A stretch of DNA of 64,000 nt from Bacteroidaceae bacterium (GCA_045600505.1 JAZRYA010000018.1:47-64046), one strand, 5' to 3'; positions 6,861-16,771 are shown, counted from the stretch's first letter. The notes: a model not told the origin generated them from the sequence alone. Made by a program: numbers and translations.

Positions 6861-7871
6861 TCACCTCCTCCTGAGTATCACCCACAGGACCACAGGGGCG
6901 CCGATGATGGGGGTGATGACATTGATGGGGATGATGGTGGCGCCAGAGGGCAGGGTGCTGATGAGGTTGCACAGCAGGGCAAGCGAGGCACCCGTGAGCA
7001 AGGTGGCGGGCAGGAGGCTGCGGTGATTGGCACTGCCGAGGGCCAGACGAGCGAGGTGGGGCACGGCCAAGCCCAGGAAGGCGATGGGGCCGCAGAAGGC
7101 GGTGCACGAGGCGGTGAGGATGCCCGTGGTGCACAAGAGCAGGGTGCGCGTGCGACGGATGCTGATGCCCAGGTTGCGGGCGTAGTTGTCGCCCAAGAGG
7201 AGGGCGTTGAGGGGCTTGATGAGGGAGACGGCCAGTGCGATGCCCGCGAGCGACAATGTGCAGAACATGGGGAGGCGGTCGGTGCTGACGCCGCTGAAGG
7301 AACCCATGCCCCAGCGCATGAAGTTCTGCACGCCCTCGGCCGTGGCCTGGTAGTTGAGCAGCGAGATGAGACTGCTGCTGAGGTAGCCCAGCATGATGCC
7401 CGCAATGAGGAGCATGACATCGTTGCGCAGCAGTTGGTTGAGCACCAGCAGCAGGGCCATGACAGCCAGTGCGCCAGTGAGCGCGGCGGCCATGATGAGT
7501 GCTACGCCACCCAGCGAGACGGTGCCCGTGGTGATGGTGCCGCCAGCCAGCAGCATGACGAGTGCGACGCCCAGATTGGCTCCGCTGTCGATGCCCAGGA
7601 TAGAGGGACCTGCCAGGGGATTGCGGAAGGCCGTCTGCAGCAAGAGACCTGCTGCTGCCAGTGAGGCTCCGCAGAGCAGGGCGGTGATGCTCTGGGGGAG
7701 TCGGTTGTGCAGGATGATGTAGGTCCACGAGGGGTGGTCCAGCGTGTCGCCATGCCCCAGGAGCACGTCGGTGACGGCGTGGGCGGGGATGCTGATGCTG
7801 CCCCAATAGAGGGAGCCGACAAACAGTACGAGGGTGAGGATCACCAGCAGGGGTATGGCCAGATGCTTCAT
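6861..7871 (-). CDS. FecCD-family ABC permease (BtuC-like)
   Basis: The true start MKHLAIPLLVILTLVLFVGSLYWGSISIP is the ATG at 7871, in an ATGA overlap with the upstream gene's stop. The protein is polytopic, glycine/alanine/leucine-rich, and ends RRR. The 515-aa track ORF is an out-of-gene upstream extension. Confidence 0.9.
   Translation of the reverse strand: MKHLAIPLLVILTLVLFVGSLYWGSISIPAHAVTDVLLGHGDTLDHPSWTYIILHNRLPQSITALLCGASLAAAGLLLQTAFRNPLAGPSILGIDSGANLGVALVMLLAGGTITTGTVSLGGVALIMAAALTGALAVMALLLVLNQLLRNDVMLLIAGIMLGYLSSSLISLLNYQATAEGVQNFMRWGMGSFSGVSTDRLPMFCTLSLAGIALAVSLIKPLNALLLGDNYARNLGISIRRTRTLLLCTTGILTASCTAFCGPIAFLGLAVPHLARLALGSANHRSLLPATLLTGASLALLCNLISTLPSGATIIPINVITPIIGAPVVLWVILRRR
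6874..6899. repeat. Direct repeat, right copy (AGTATCACCCACAGGACCACAGGGGC)
   Basis: It lies inside the last 13 codons of the permease gene and pairs with 5307-5332. Confidence 0.9.
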
Positions 7872-8938
7872 TTCAGTCGGTAAAAATAATGCTTTTCTGC
7901 GGAAAATCCTAGCTCGGGGTGGAAAATCTGTATCAAATCGGCCAAAAGCAGGTCGGGATGGAAGGGGGTGTCCTCGTAGAAGGGTACTTGGGCGGTGTTG
8001 CAGCCATAGACGTTGCCCTGGCGAAAGGCGCGGAAATGAGCATAGGAGGGGTTGTCGGCCTGCATCTCGCTCAGCGTGAGGGGTGTGGGCTGGTTGTAGC
8101 GCAGCATCCAGTAGTCGGCCTCGCTGCCACTCTCGAGCACGGCCTCCATGCTGAGGGGGAGTGAACCGCTCTCGGGACGGTCGCGGAAGACGTAGTCGGC
8201 GCCTGCGTCGTGATAGAGGATGCCCATGGTGCTCTGGCCGCCTGGGGCGTACCAGGTGCCTTGGTAGGGGCGGTCGATGAGCACCGTGGGACGATGGGCC
8301 ACGGTGGCTGCGCGGGCCTGGATCTGCAGGTAGCGGGACTCTATCTGGGCAAACAGGCTGTCGGCGCGCTCGGCGACGCCCAGGAGACGGCCGTAGAAGC
8401 GTATCCATTCGGCACGTGCCAGGGGGCTAACTTCCATATAGTCAGCACACTCGATGATGGGGATGCCCAGTTGTTCGATGCGCCCATAGCCGTTGCTGTT
8501 CTGGAAAGGCGAGGGCATGAGAGCGTCGGGCTGCAGGTCCATGATGTGCTCGATGCTGGGGTCCATGCCGCTGCCAAGGTCGATGATGCGGCCCTCGCGG
8601 AGACCCTGCTGGATGGCGGGGAGCTTGATGTATTCGGGTTCGCACACGCCTCCTATGCAGTCGCCCATGCCCAGTTCCTGGATGAGGGCGCAGTGCACGG
8701 CAGTGAAGACGGCCAAGCGACGATAGGGCTTGCGTATCTCGTAGCGATGCAGGGTCTGGGTGGTGTCCCAGGGATTGCGCAGGATGGCCTCGGTCCACCC
8801 ATCGTGCTGGATGAGCGTGAGGTTGTGGGCATATTTCAGAGGGATGGTGTCGGATTGCTCGTCCGACGAGCTATCTGTCTTGCCCCCGCAGCTGCATAGG
8901 AGCACGAGGGACAGGAGGAGTGTCAATGCTTTTTCCAT
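7868..8938 (-). CDS. ABC substrate-binding lipoprotein, BtuF/FhuD-like periplasmic binding protein
   Basis: Lipoprotein signal MEKALTLLLSLVLLCSCGG. The size, and the position between a TonB-dependent receptor and a FecCD permease behind a B12 riboswitch, fit this class. Confidence 0.8.
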   Translation of the reverse strand: MEKALTLLLSLVLLCSCGGKTDSSSDEQSDTIPLKYAHNLTLIQHDGWTEAILRNPWDTTQTLHRYEIRKPYRRLAVFTAVHCALIQELGMGDCIGGVCEPEYIKLPAIQQGLREGRIIDLGSGMDPSIEHIMDLQPDALMPSPFQNSNGYGRIEQLGIPIIECADYMEVSPLARAEWIRFYGRLLGVAERADSLFAQIESRYLQIQARAATVAHRPTVLIDRPYQGTWYAPGGQSTMGILYHDAGADYVFRDRPESGSLPLSMEAVLESGSEADYWMLRYNQPTPLTLSEMQADNPSYAHFRAFRQGNVYGCNTAQVPFYEDTPFHPDLLLADLIQIFHPELGFSAEKHYFYRLK

Positions 8939-10938
8939 AGAGGCTTCAGTTGTAAGAATATTTCAAAATTGCGGCCAGCCATGGGGCGGGAGAGCACGGT
9001 GACGAACTCGGTGCCCAGGAGGTTGCGCACGACGCCCTTGACCGAGGCTTCCATCCATCGCCAGCGGAACTGCTTTTCGAGGGAGACGTCGCTCATGTAG
9101 TAGGGGCGCAGACGGCCTGTGATGTAGCCCACCTCGTTGCTGCTGGTGGTGTAGCGCTGGCTGTAGTGGACCCACTGGTAACCCAGTGTCCAGTGACGCC
9201 AGGAGAGACGGCCCGAGAGGTTGCACGAGGTGCGGGGCACGTAGCAGAGCTGCTTGCCATAGGAGGCGTCGTTGGAGTTGAACTGTTCGCCACGGTTGAT
9301 GCTAGGCGTGTAGGCATAATTGCCCGTGAGGTGGAGCAACCACTGGCGACCCAGTTGCACCTGAGCAGAAGCTGTGGCCTCCAGTCCGTAGTTGTGTACT
9401 TTTTTGACATTGGCGGGCACCCAGTATCCTTTGTTGTTGGGCGTCCACAGGATCCAGTCGGTGATGCGGGAGTCGAAGGCCGAGAGGTTGCCCGTCAGGT
9501 TCCATCGCTGGCGCTGTATGCCCAGCTCCAGTCCGCCGTCGTAGGTGAATCCTCGTTCGGGCTTCAGTTCGGGGTTGCCGCCAGGTTGGAAGTAGAGGTC
9601 GTTCATGCTGGGGTAGCGGTAGTTGCGTGCCACGGAGGTCTTGAAGACCAGGTTCCAGGGGCGGTAGAGGACCACGTCGGCAAAGAAGGCGGGGATGATG
9701 GGCACCCAGTCGCGAGCATAGACCTCCTGGCGCAGCACTACGCTGAGCGAGAGGGGGTCGACGGGGCGCCACTTGGCCGAGGCAGAGAGGCTCTCCTCCA
9801 TGCGTCCGCGGTCGTAGTTGTCGCCGATGTGATAGGGGCTGCGGTCCCAGCTGCGCACGTGATTATAATAGGTGGTGCCGTGGAGCGACAGCATCCATTG
9901 GGACGTGGGGAGGTAGTCGAAATTGGCTTGCAGATAGCCCGTCTGGCCGTAGCTGCGGCTGTGGGTGATGTCCATCTGGCTGCCCGTGCGTGTGGTGCTG
10001 TAGTCATAGGCGATGTCCTGGTAGTTGTAGCCAGCCTTGACGCCCAGATTCCACCGTGTGGCGCTATGGTCCCACGAGAAGACGCTGCGCATGGTCTGCT
10101 GCAGGTGCTCGTTGGTGAAGTCGCTGTCGTCCTTGTAGTCGACCGAGAGGAAGGGCAGGCCACGCAAGCTGTATCCATACCACACCATGGCGCCATAGCG
10201 GTTGCCACGGTCGTCGCGGTAGTGGAGGTCTTGCATCAGGTTGACATCGTCGAAGTAGCCGCTCTTGTTGCGCTCGGTGGGGTGGTAGCTGTGGGTGATG
10301 TTGCCCTGCTCGTCGCGCTCGTCGACCATCTTGTCGCGGTTGGTGTAGGGGAAGTTGTTGCAGGACTTGGCGTAGGAGAGGCGGGTGCTGCTGCTCCAGC
10401 GGTTGTTGCTGTAGTTGTAGCGCAGAAACTGGTCCCAGGTGTGGAAGGAGCCCACGCCCTGGATGTACTCAAGCGAGTGCCCCTGGTCCCATTGGGGTTG
10501 GGTGGACAGCTCGATGGCACCGCCCAGACCGCCGCCTGTGAGGGGGATGCTGGATGCGCCATGCAGCAGGGTGGCCTGGTCTACGAAATACGAGGGGATG
10601 TAGCTGAAATCGACGGTGCCCAGCATGGGTGAATTGAGCTTCATGCCATTCCACGTCACCTGGGTGTGGCTGGGGGATGTGCCTCGGAACTCGGCCGTAG
10701 ACTCGGTGGCGCGGCCATAGCTTTTGATGAACAGGGTGCTGTATTTCGTGAGCACATCGGCCATGGAGAGGGAGACATTCTCGCGCAGTTGTGCAGAATC
10801 CAGTTGGGCCTTCTCGATGCCCGTCTCACTCAGTCGGCGACGGGCAGCCACCTGCACCTCGCGCAATGTCACTGCCTCCTGTGCCATGCCTGCCACGGCC
10901 AGCAACGAGCAGAAAATCAGACTCTTAATTCTAGACAC
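8923..10938 (-). CDS. TonB-dependent outer-membrane receptor, BtuB-like
   Basis: GTG start at 10938, signal peptide and a plug region (...TLREVQVAARRR..., LFIKSYGR, EFRGTSPSHTQVTWNGM). The beta-barrel is Y/G/N-rich. It sits downstream of the cobalamin riboswitch and overlaps the next gene by 16 nt. Confidence 0.85.
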   Translation of the reverse strand: MSRIKSLIFCSLLAVAGMAQEAVTLREVQVAARRRLSETGIEKAQLDSAQLRENVSLSMADVLTKYSTLFIKSYGRATESTAEFRGTSPSHTQVTWNGMKLNSPMLGTVDFSYIPSYFVDQATLLHGASSIPLTGGGLGGAIELSTQPQWDQGHSLEYIQGVGSFHTWDQFLRYNYSNNRWSSSTRLSYAKSCNNFPYTNRDKMVDERDEQGNITHSYHPTERNKSGYFDDVNLMQDLHYRDDRGNRYGAMVWYGYSLRGLPFLSVDYKDDSDFTNEHLQQTMRSVFSWDHSATRWNLGVKAGYNYQDIAYDYSTTRTGSQMDITHSRSYGQTGYLQANFDYLPTSQWMLSLHGTTYYNHVRSWDRSPYHIGDNYDRGRMEESLSASAKWRPVDPLSLSVVLRQEVYARDWVPIIPAFFADVVLYRPWNLVFKTSVARNYRYPSMNDLYFQPGGNPELKPERGFTYDGGLELGIQRQRWNLTGNLSAFDSRITDWILWTPNNKGYWVPANVKKVHNYGLEATASAQVQLGRQWLLHLTGNYAYTPSINRGEQFNSNDASYGKQLCYVPRTSCNLSGRLSWRHWTLGYQWVHYSQRYTTSSNEVGYITGRLRPYYMSDVSLEKQFRWRWMEASVKGVVRNLLGTEFVTVLSRPMAGRNFEIFLQLKPLWKKH

Positions 10939-10958
10939 TAATCTTTAATCATCAATCA

Positions 10959-12956
10959 TCAATCATAAAGGTGCGCATCCCAGATGCCATACACCTCGGT
11001 GGAAATCTCACCCAGATTGGGACTGCAGCCCGTCTGCCCCGTCTGCACCTTGACAAAGTGGATGCAAGGCAGATTGGCAGGTGTGCCATCGGCTCTCACC
11101 GCGTTGCTCAGTCGCAGGTAGCTACAACTGTTTTGACAGTCGTTGCCCAAGTTGTCGGCATAGCCCCAGTCAAAGGGAGGTTCGAGCGTGAAGCCATTCT
11201 CATACGTATGTGTGTCACGCAGTCGCGAACCATAATAGGTGCGGCACTCACCCTCGGGGGTGGTCTCGGTGGGCACCCAGTCCTGCCAATAGCTGGCGTG
11301 GGTGTTCCATGCGCTCATATAGGGGATGACGCCCTCGCCACCCTGGTTGTCCGTCCAGCGGATGTCCTGTCCAGCGGCGGTGGGCTTGTAGTAGGTGATG
11401 GCGTAGTCGAGTGTCTCATTGTCCGTGCCATACTCACTGCCAGCCAGTTCGTACCAGGGGTCGTCGGGGAGGCCATTGCCATTGACATCCTGACTGACCC
11501 AGACGATGCCAGGTTCCGACTGATAGCTGTAGGGGTTGCCTCGGATGATGAGGTCGACACCCCCCTGGCTGTTGGTTACGGGATGGTCGAAACCAGCGAC
11601 CACATAGCCACCCTGACCACCCAGACTGATCATCCAGCGACGCTGGAAGTGGGCCAGCACAGAGTCGCAAGCCTCGGCCATGGTGGCGCCATCGTGGATG
11701 AAGTCGCCTGTCACGGTGTATCCGTTGACCTGATGACCAGGTGCGGGCATATACTCAAAGACCTTGCTCACGAGGGCATGGTCGGCGCTGTCGGTGGTGT
11801 GGGTGCTGTCGGTGGGGATGACGATGTCACTGCCCTGGGTGAAGGCAAAGCCATTGGGATTGATACCCACGCGGAACTGGTCGATGAGGGTGCCCTGGCT
11901 AGAGTAGCGGTAGGCCACACCCGACTGACGATAGTCCACGGCGTCTGCCACATAGATGTCGCCATTGGCGGGATTGACGTCGATGCCATAGAGTTTGTGG
12001 CGCGTGCCCTTCTCATCCACAGGTGCCAAGATGAAAGGTGTGTTGGGTATCTGGTTGTCGGTCACCGACATACGGTAGATGTCGTTGTTGATGAGGTAGA
12101 GGATGTCCTGTCGTGGACTGAGTGCCAACTGCACGCTAGACTCGTCGGTGGGCAAGGTCAGATCCAGTTCTATCTCACGGCTCTGGGCGTCTATGCGGTA
12201 GAGGTGGGGTATGTTCTCGCCAAAGGAGTCGGCAGCGCTGCTGTAGCCTCCGTCGGTGATGACCCACAGTTTGCCGTTGCAGTCCATCTTGAGGCTCTTG
12301 GGTTGCCAACTGGTCAGCACGATGCTGTCCACCACCTCGTCGCGCTGGCTGTCGATGACCAGGATGTTCTTGCTGTAGCACCAGCAATTGGTGAAGACGA
12401 AGCGGTCGTATTGTGCCATCTGCTCGGTACTGGCATAGCCATTGGCCGTTGGCTGACCGGTGGAGATGCTGCCCAGGTACTGGTAGGTGCGGGGATTGAA
12501 GATGGTGATGTAGGGCGAGTAGAGGTCGGTCACATAGGCCTTGTCGTCCGAGAGGAAATGGATGTAGCGGGGGTTGATCATGTGCTCGGTCTGCCCAGTG
12601 GTCAACTGGCCACGCACGCGGAAAGTCTCGGTGTCCATGCCCCAGATGATGCCGCTGTTTTCCATGGCTACATAGGCCACCCCATCGTGTATGGTGATGG
12701 ATTGGCCTGTGTCGCCCAACTTGCGGTCGTTGACGCGCTGAAAGATGCCGTTCTCTACCTGTTTGGTCTCGGGATTATAGTAGCTGATGGTGCTGTTGCC
12801 GCTGTTGAAGTTGCCCTCGCAGAGCACCAGTACACCACGGCCCAGGTTGGTGGGTCCGTCGGGATGAGAGGGTCCCTCTATATCAGCACATGCTGCCAGC
12901 AACGCGATGGTTGCCAGCAGCATGCAGTGATAATATCTTCTGAGAATAGTCAGCAT
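10959..12956 (-). CDS. Surface lipoprotein: N-terminal YncE/DUF5074-like beta-propeller (BtuG-class candidate) plus a roughly 270-aa C-terminal domain
   Basis: Lipobox LLAAC. N-terminal motifs GVLVLCEGNFNSGNSTISYY and blade-like repeats are as recalled for propeller lipoproteins encoded next to BtuB in Bacteroidetes. The C-terminal half is W/G/D/Y-rich and was not recognised. Confidence 0.6.
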   Translation of the reverse strand: MLTILRRYYHCMLLATIALLAACADIEGPSHPDGPTNLGRGVLVLCEGNFNSGNSTISYYNPETKQVENGIFQRVNDRKLGDTGQSITIHDGVAYVAMENSGIIWGMDTETFRVRGQLTTGQTEHMINPRYIHFLSDDKAYVTDLYSPYITIFNPRTYQYLGSISTGQPTANGYASTEQMAQYDRFVFTNCWCYSKNILVIDSQRDEVVDSIVLTSWQPKSLKMDCNGKLWVITDGGYSSAADSFGENIPHLYRIDAQSREIELDLTLPTDESSVQLALSPRQDILYLINNDIYRMSVTDNQIPNTPFILAPVDEKGTRHKLYGIDVNPANGDIYVADAVDYRQSGVAYRYSSQGTLIDQFRVGINPNGFAFTQGSDIVIPTDSTHTTDSADHALVSKVFEYMPAPGHQVNGYTVTGDFIHDGATMAEACDSVLAHFQRRWMISLGGQGGYVVAGFDHPVTNSQGGVDLIIRGNPYSYQSEPGIVWVSQDVNGNGLPDDPWYELAGSEYGTDNETLDYAITYYKPTAAGQDIRWTDNQGGEGVIPYMSAWNTHASYWQDWVPTETTPEGECRTYYGSRLRDTHTYENGFTLEPPFDWGYADNLGNDCQNSCSYLRLSNAVRADGTPANLPCIHFVKVQTGQTGCSPNLGEISTEVYGIWDAHLYD

Positions 12957-12962
12957 CTAGGA

Positions 12963-13676
12963 TTAGAGCTCAACAACTACGTTGTCAAAGGCAAAGTACT
13001 GAGGAGACTTGACACCCCATGAACTGTTGTCGCTGCCCTTCATGGTGAACTGGATGCTGGTGACAGCGCCCAGAGAGCTGAAGTCTACGCGCTTCCAGGT
13101 GTTCTGGATGTTGCCATTGCGAGCCAGGTCAAACTCCAGGCTAGAACCGGTGTTGGCAGTAGCAACCACGGTCAGGTAGTCGCCCTCGTTGGTGAGTGCG
13201 CTGGCATAACCGTCGCCATAGGTGATAGAACCCAGTACATAGTTGGTGGGGATCACGTCCATAGACTGGATGACACGAGCCTTGCCATCAGCGAAGGTCA
13301 GGTAAGCCTCGCAGTAAGCCACAGCAAAGGTCTTGCTGCCATTGCTCACGGGCACGGACAGCTGGTAGTCAGAACCAGTGTGCTCCTTGTAGTCAGCATC
13401 GATGTAGTTGCTGATGGCGATACCACCACCCCAGAACATACCGTCGCCCCAAGCGTTGGTGAGCTTTGAGCTCAGACGGGTGGTCATATCCTCCCAGCAG
13501 TAGGTGCCGTCGCCATAGAGCATGGAACCGTACATCTGCTTGCTGTCTACCAGATTGTTCCAGTAGTTGGCCTCGAAAGTGATGGTAGCAGTCTTGGTGT
13601 ACTCGTCGTCATCGTCACATGAAGTGAAGGCAAAACCTGCACACAGCAGCATTGCCAAGAAATAAATCTTTTTCAT
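12963..13676 (-). CDS. Small surface lipoprotein, DUF4465-like (B12-locus accessory protein candidate)
   Basis: Lipobox FAFTSCDDDD. It is the first gene after the cobalamin riboswitch. The family assignment is from memory and was not verified. Confidence 0.55.
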   Translation of the reverse strand: MKKIYFLAMLLCAGFAFTSCDDDDEYTKTATITFEANYWNNLVDSKQMYGSMLYGDGTYCWEDMTTRLSSKLTNAWGDGMFWGGGIAISNYIDADYKEHTGSDYQLSVPVSNGSKTFAVAYCEAYLTFADGKARVIQSMDVIPTNYVLGSITYGDGYASALTNEGDYLTVVATANTGSSLEFDLARNGNIQNTWKRVDFSSLGAVTSIQFTMKGSDNSSWGVKSPQYFAFDNVVVEL

Positions 13677-13719
13677 TATTAGTTTGTTTTAAAATAGTTA
13701 TTCACGTTCTCCTCGGTTC

Positions 13720-13900
13720 GTGTAAACCTAGCCCTCTCGGGAGTTTGTTCTGCTTGCGACAGGTTTTCTGGCTTGTTCCAGTCTGTGCAACACCTTCCCA
13801 GATAGCGAAGTGCATCCAGTGGTCAATCGTTGCCGACGTAGTGTGGAACTTACAGCTGCGGGACAGCTCGGGATTTGCACCCGATTCCCTTATTCGCTTA
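13720..13900 (-). promoter_or_regulatory. Cobalamin (B12) riboswitch
   Basis: The minus strand reads AAGGGAATCGGGTGCAAATCCCGAGCTGTCCCGCAGCTGTAAG ... CCACTGG ... TGGGAAGG ... AGCCAGAAAACCTGTC. These are the conserved core helices and the B12 box, directly upstream of the operon start at 13676. Confidence 0.9.
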
Positions 13901-13907
13901 CAGGTTG

Positions 13908-13915
13908 CAAAATTA
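13908..13915 (-). promoter_or_regulatory. -7 promoter box TAATTTTG driving the riboswitch and B12 operon
   Basis: The plus strand reads CAAAATTA immediately upstream, in the minus sense, of the riboswitch. Confidence 0.5.
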
Positions 13916-13989
13916 CTGCTTTTCTTGCTATGTGCCAAATTTTCTCCTATTTATTTTGTGATGTGGCCGATTTGTGTTACTTTTGCGTT

Positions 13990-15114
13990 ATGATGAAATA
14001 TGACTATCTGATTGTAGGTAGTGGCCTGTTTGGCGCTACTTTTGCACACCAAGCCCGATTGAGGGGCAAGCGCTGTCTGGTGATAGACAAGCGGGAGCAT
14101 CTGGGTGGCAACGTCTATTGCGAGAATGTGGAGGGTATCAACGTGCACAAGTATGGTGCTCACATCTTCCATACCTCGAACAAAGAGGTGTGGGACTTTG
14201 TCAACAGCATCGTGGAGTTTAACCGATACACCAATTGTCCCGTTGCCAATTACCAGGGAAGGCTCTACAACCTGCCCTTCAACATGAACACCTTTTACCA
14301 GATGTGGGGCGTGACGACACCTGCAGAAGCCCAAGCCAAAATCGAGGAACAGAAGGCAGAAGCCGTAGCAGCGCTGCAAGGACGCGAACCTGCCAATCTG
14401 GAGGAACAGGCGCTGACGCTGGTGGGCAAGGACATCTTTGAGACCCTCATCAAGGGCTATACCGAGAAGCAGTGGGGCAGGTCCTGCACCGAGCTGCCCG
14501 CGTTTATTATCAAGCGATTACCCGTGCGCCTGGTGTTTGACAACAATTACTTCAATGACAAGTACCAGGGCATCCCTGTGGGTGGATACAACCGCCTCAT
14601 TGAGGGACTGTTGGAGGGCGTGGACTGCAAGACTGGGGTTGATTTCTTTGAGACCTATCGTGACAACTGGCAAGAGGTGGCCGAGAACCTGGTCTACACA
14701 GGTGCCATCGACGAGTATTTCGGCTATCAGTATGGCAAGTTGGACTGGCGCACCGTGTGTTTCGAGACCGAAGTGCTGGACATGGCCAACTACCAGGGCA
14801 ATGCCGTGGTCAACTATACCGAACGTGAGGTGCCCTATACCCGCGTCATCGAGCACAAGCACTTTGAGATGTTTGGCGCAGAGATAGAGTCGGTGCAGAA
14901 GACTGTGATCAGCAAAGAATACAGCACGGAATACAGCGAGGGCATGGAACCCTATTACCCCGTGAACAATGAGCGGAACAACACGCTGGCTGACCGTTAT
15001 CGTGAACTCGCAAAACAAGAACAGCACGTGATCTTTGGCGGCAGACTGGCAGAATATAAGTATTATGACATGGCACCCATCATCGAACAGGTGCTGAAAA
15101 TGGAAATAGGATGA
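13990..15114 (+). CDS. glf: UDP-galactopyranose mutase
   Basis: N-terminal FAD fold [19 protein letters not shown]; motifs HIFHT, YTEKQWG and [11 protein letters not shown]. The track ORF start at 13810 is an upstream extension. Confidence 0.9.
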   Translation: MMKYDYLIVGSGLFGATFAHQARLRGKRCLVIDKREHLGGNVYCENVEGINVHKYGAHIFHTSNKEVWDFVNSIVEFNRYTNCPVANYQGRLYNLPFNMNTFYQMWGVTTPAEAQAKIEEQKAEAVAALQGREPANLEEQALTLVGKDIFETLIKGYTEKQWGRSCTELPAFIIKRLPVRLVFDNNYFNDKYQGIPVGGYNRLIEGLLEGVDCKTGVDFFETYRDNWQEVAENLVYTGAIDEYFGYQYGKLDWRTVCFETEVLDMANYQGNAVVNYTEREVPYTRVIEHKHFEMFGAEIESVQKTVISKEYSTEYSEGMEPYYPVNNERNNTLADRYRELAKQEQHVIFGGRLAEYKYYDMAPIIEQVLKMEIG

Positions 15115-15815
15115 AATACACAGACCTTTTCATCGACTTTGATGACACGCTCTACGACACGCATGGCAATGCCCAGATAGCGCTCCGAGAGATGTTTGAG
15201 CACTTTGGGCTGGAGCGTTACTTTGACAAGATAGAGGATTTTACCAAGCCCTATTGGGAACAGAATGTGATTCTGTGGACCGAGTATGCTGCAGGTAAAA
15301 TCAGTCGTGACTACCTGATGGTGGAGCGTTTCCGTCGTCCTCTGGCTATGGGAAGAGGACTGGAACCTACCCGTGAGTTTTGTCTGGAGGTGAGCGACCA
15401 TTTCCTGGACCTGTGTGCCGAGAAGCCTGGCGTGATTCCCGGTGCTCACGAGGTGATGGACTATCTGAAAGGGAAGGGCTATCGTCTGCACATGTGCAGC
15501 AACGGATTTCACGAGGTGCAGTATCGCAAGTTGCGTGCTTCGAAGCTGTTGGACTACTTCGACACTATCATTCTGAGTGAGGATGCGGGTGTCAACAAGC
15601 CAGCACCCGAGTATTTCCAGTATGCCTTCCAGGTGTCCAAGACATCTCCCGCTAGTACGCTGATGATAGGAGATAACTTTGTGACAGACATCCAGGGCGC
15701 AAAACGTGCAGGCTTGGACGTGATGTTCTTTAATCAGCATCCCGATCAGTTCCAAGCACCCGAACCTGTCAATTACGAGATCAACACACTCATAGAAATA
15801 AAGTCGATATTATGA
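15111..15815 (+). CDS. HAD-superfamily hydrolase (YjjG-like nucleotidase subfamily)
   Basis: HAD motif [11 protein letters not shown], later MIGDN and the D-rich motif IV context. ATGA overlap with glf. Confidence 0.8.
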   Translation: MKYTDLFIDFDDTLYDTHGNAQIALREMFEHFGLERYFDKIEDFTKPYWEQNVILWTEYAAGKISRDYLMVERFRRPLAMGRGLEPTREFCLEVSDHFLDLCAEKPGVIPGAHEVMDYLKGKGYRLHMCSNGFHEVQYRKLRASKLLDYFDTIILSEDAGVNKPAPEYFQYAFQVSKTSPASTLMIGDNFVTDIQGAKRAGLDVMFFNQHPDQFQAPEPVNYEINTLIEIKSIL

Positions 15816-16771
15816 AAATAGTGATTTTGGATGGCTATACTGCCAATCCTGGTGATATATCCTGGGAGCCCTTTGAACAACTGGGCGAGGTGACCCGTTA
15901 TGACCGAACTGCGCCAGAGGATGTGGTCAGCAGAGCTAGTCAGGCAGAGGTGATACTGACGAACAAGGTGATCATCTCTGCAGAAATCATGGACCAGTTG
16001 CCATGCCTCCAGTACATCGGCGTGTTTGCCACTGGCTACAATGTGGTGGACATCCCCGCGGCAGTGAAGCGTGGTATCGTTGTGACCAACATCCCTGCCT
16101 ACAGTACCATGTCGGTAGCCCAGATGGTGTTTGCCCATCTGCTCAATATCACAAACCATGTGGCAGAGCATGCTGCTGCAGTGTGTGGTGGCAGATGGGA
16201 GAGCAGCACGGATTTCTGCTTCTGGGATGCTCCACAGCAGGAGCTGGACGGAAAGGTCTTTGGCATCGTGGGACTGGGCAACACTGGCAAGGCTGCAGCA
16301 CGCATCGCACAAGCCCTGGGCATGCAGGTGATGGCCTATAGCTCAAAATCGGAAGAGGTACTGGCCTCGATGGGCATAAGCAAGGCCGCATCTTACGAGG
16401 AGCTTTTCCGCAACGCCGATGTTCTCAGTCTGCACTGCCCCTTGACCTCAGAGACCCAACATCTGGTGAATGCCGAGCGCCTTTCTTGGATGAAGCCCTC
16501 TGCCATCCTGATCAATACAGGTCGTGGTCCTCTGGTGGACGAACAGGCTTTGGCTGATGCCCTGAACGAGGGACGCATCCAGGCTGCAGGGGTGGACGTC
16601 CTCACCCAGGAACCTCCTCGCGAGGGTTCACCTCTCATCGGTGCTAAGAATAGCTTCATCACTCCTCATATTGCCTGGGCTACGAAGGCAGCTCGCGAAC
16701 GTCTGCTGGATGTTGCTTGCAAGAATCTGGAGGCCTTTATCGCAGGAACACCCCAAAATGTGATTAGATGA
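15812..16771 (+). CDS. D-isomer-specific 2-hydroxyacid dehydrogenase (glycerate dehydrogenase / hydroxypyruvate reductase-like)
   Basis: NAD fold [16 protein letters not shown]; catalytic region [13 protein letters not shown]...[10 protein letters not shown] overlap with the upstream gene. Confidence 0.85.
   Translation: MKIVILDGYTANPGDISWEPFEQLGEVTRYDRTAPEDVVSRASQAEVILTNKVIISAEIMDQLPCLQYIGVFATGYNVVDIPAAVKRGIVVTNIPAYSTMSVAQMVFAHLLNITNHVAEHAAAVCGGRWESSTDFCFWDAPQQELDGKVFGIVGLGNTGKAAARIAQALGMQVMAYSSKSEEVLASMGISKAASYEELFRNADVLSLHCPLTSETQHLVNAERLSWMKPSAILINTGRGPLVDEQALADALNEGRIQAAGVDVLTQEPPREGSPLIGAKNSFITPHIAWATKAARERLLDVACKNLEAFIAGTPQNVIR

Noticed and set aside
6844-8408. Arg/Pro/His-rich ORFs (6844..7806, 6878..7420) and the 515-aa N-terminal extension of the permease ORF.
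   Set aside because: These are alternative frames or upstream read-through of the permease and binding-protein genes. The compositions are non-protein-like. The permease has a clean start at 7871 in an ATGA overlap with the upstream gene.
13978-13985. TACTTTTG -7 box just upstream of glf.
   Set aside because: It lies only 4 nt before the ATG at 13990. It would imply a leaderless transcript or one initiated internally, so I cannot decide between this and an unrecognised upstream promoter.
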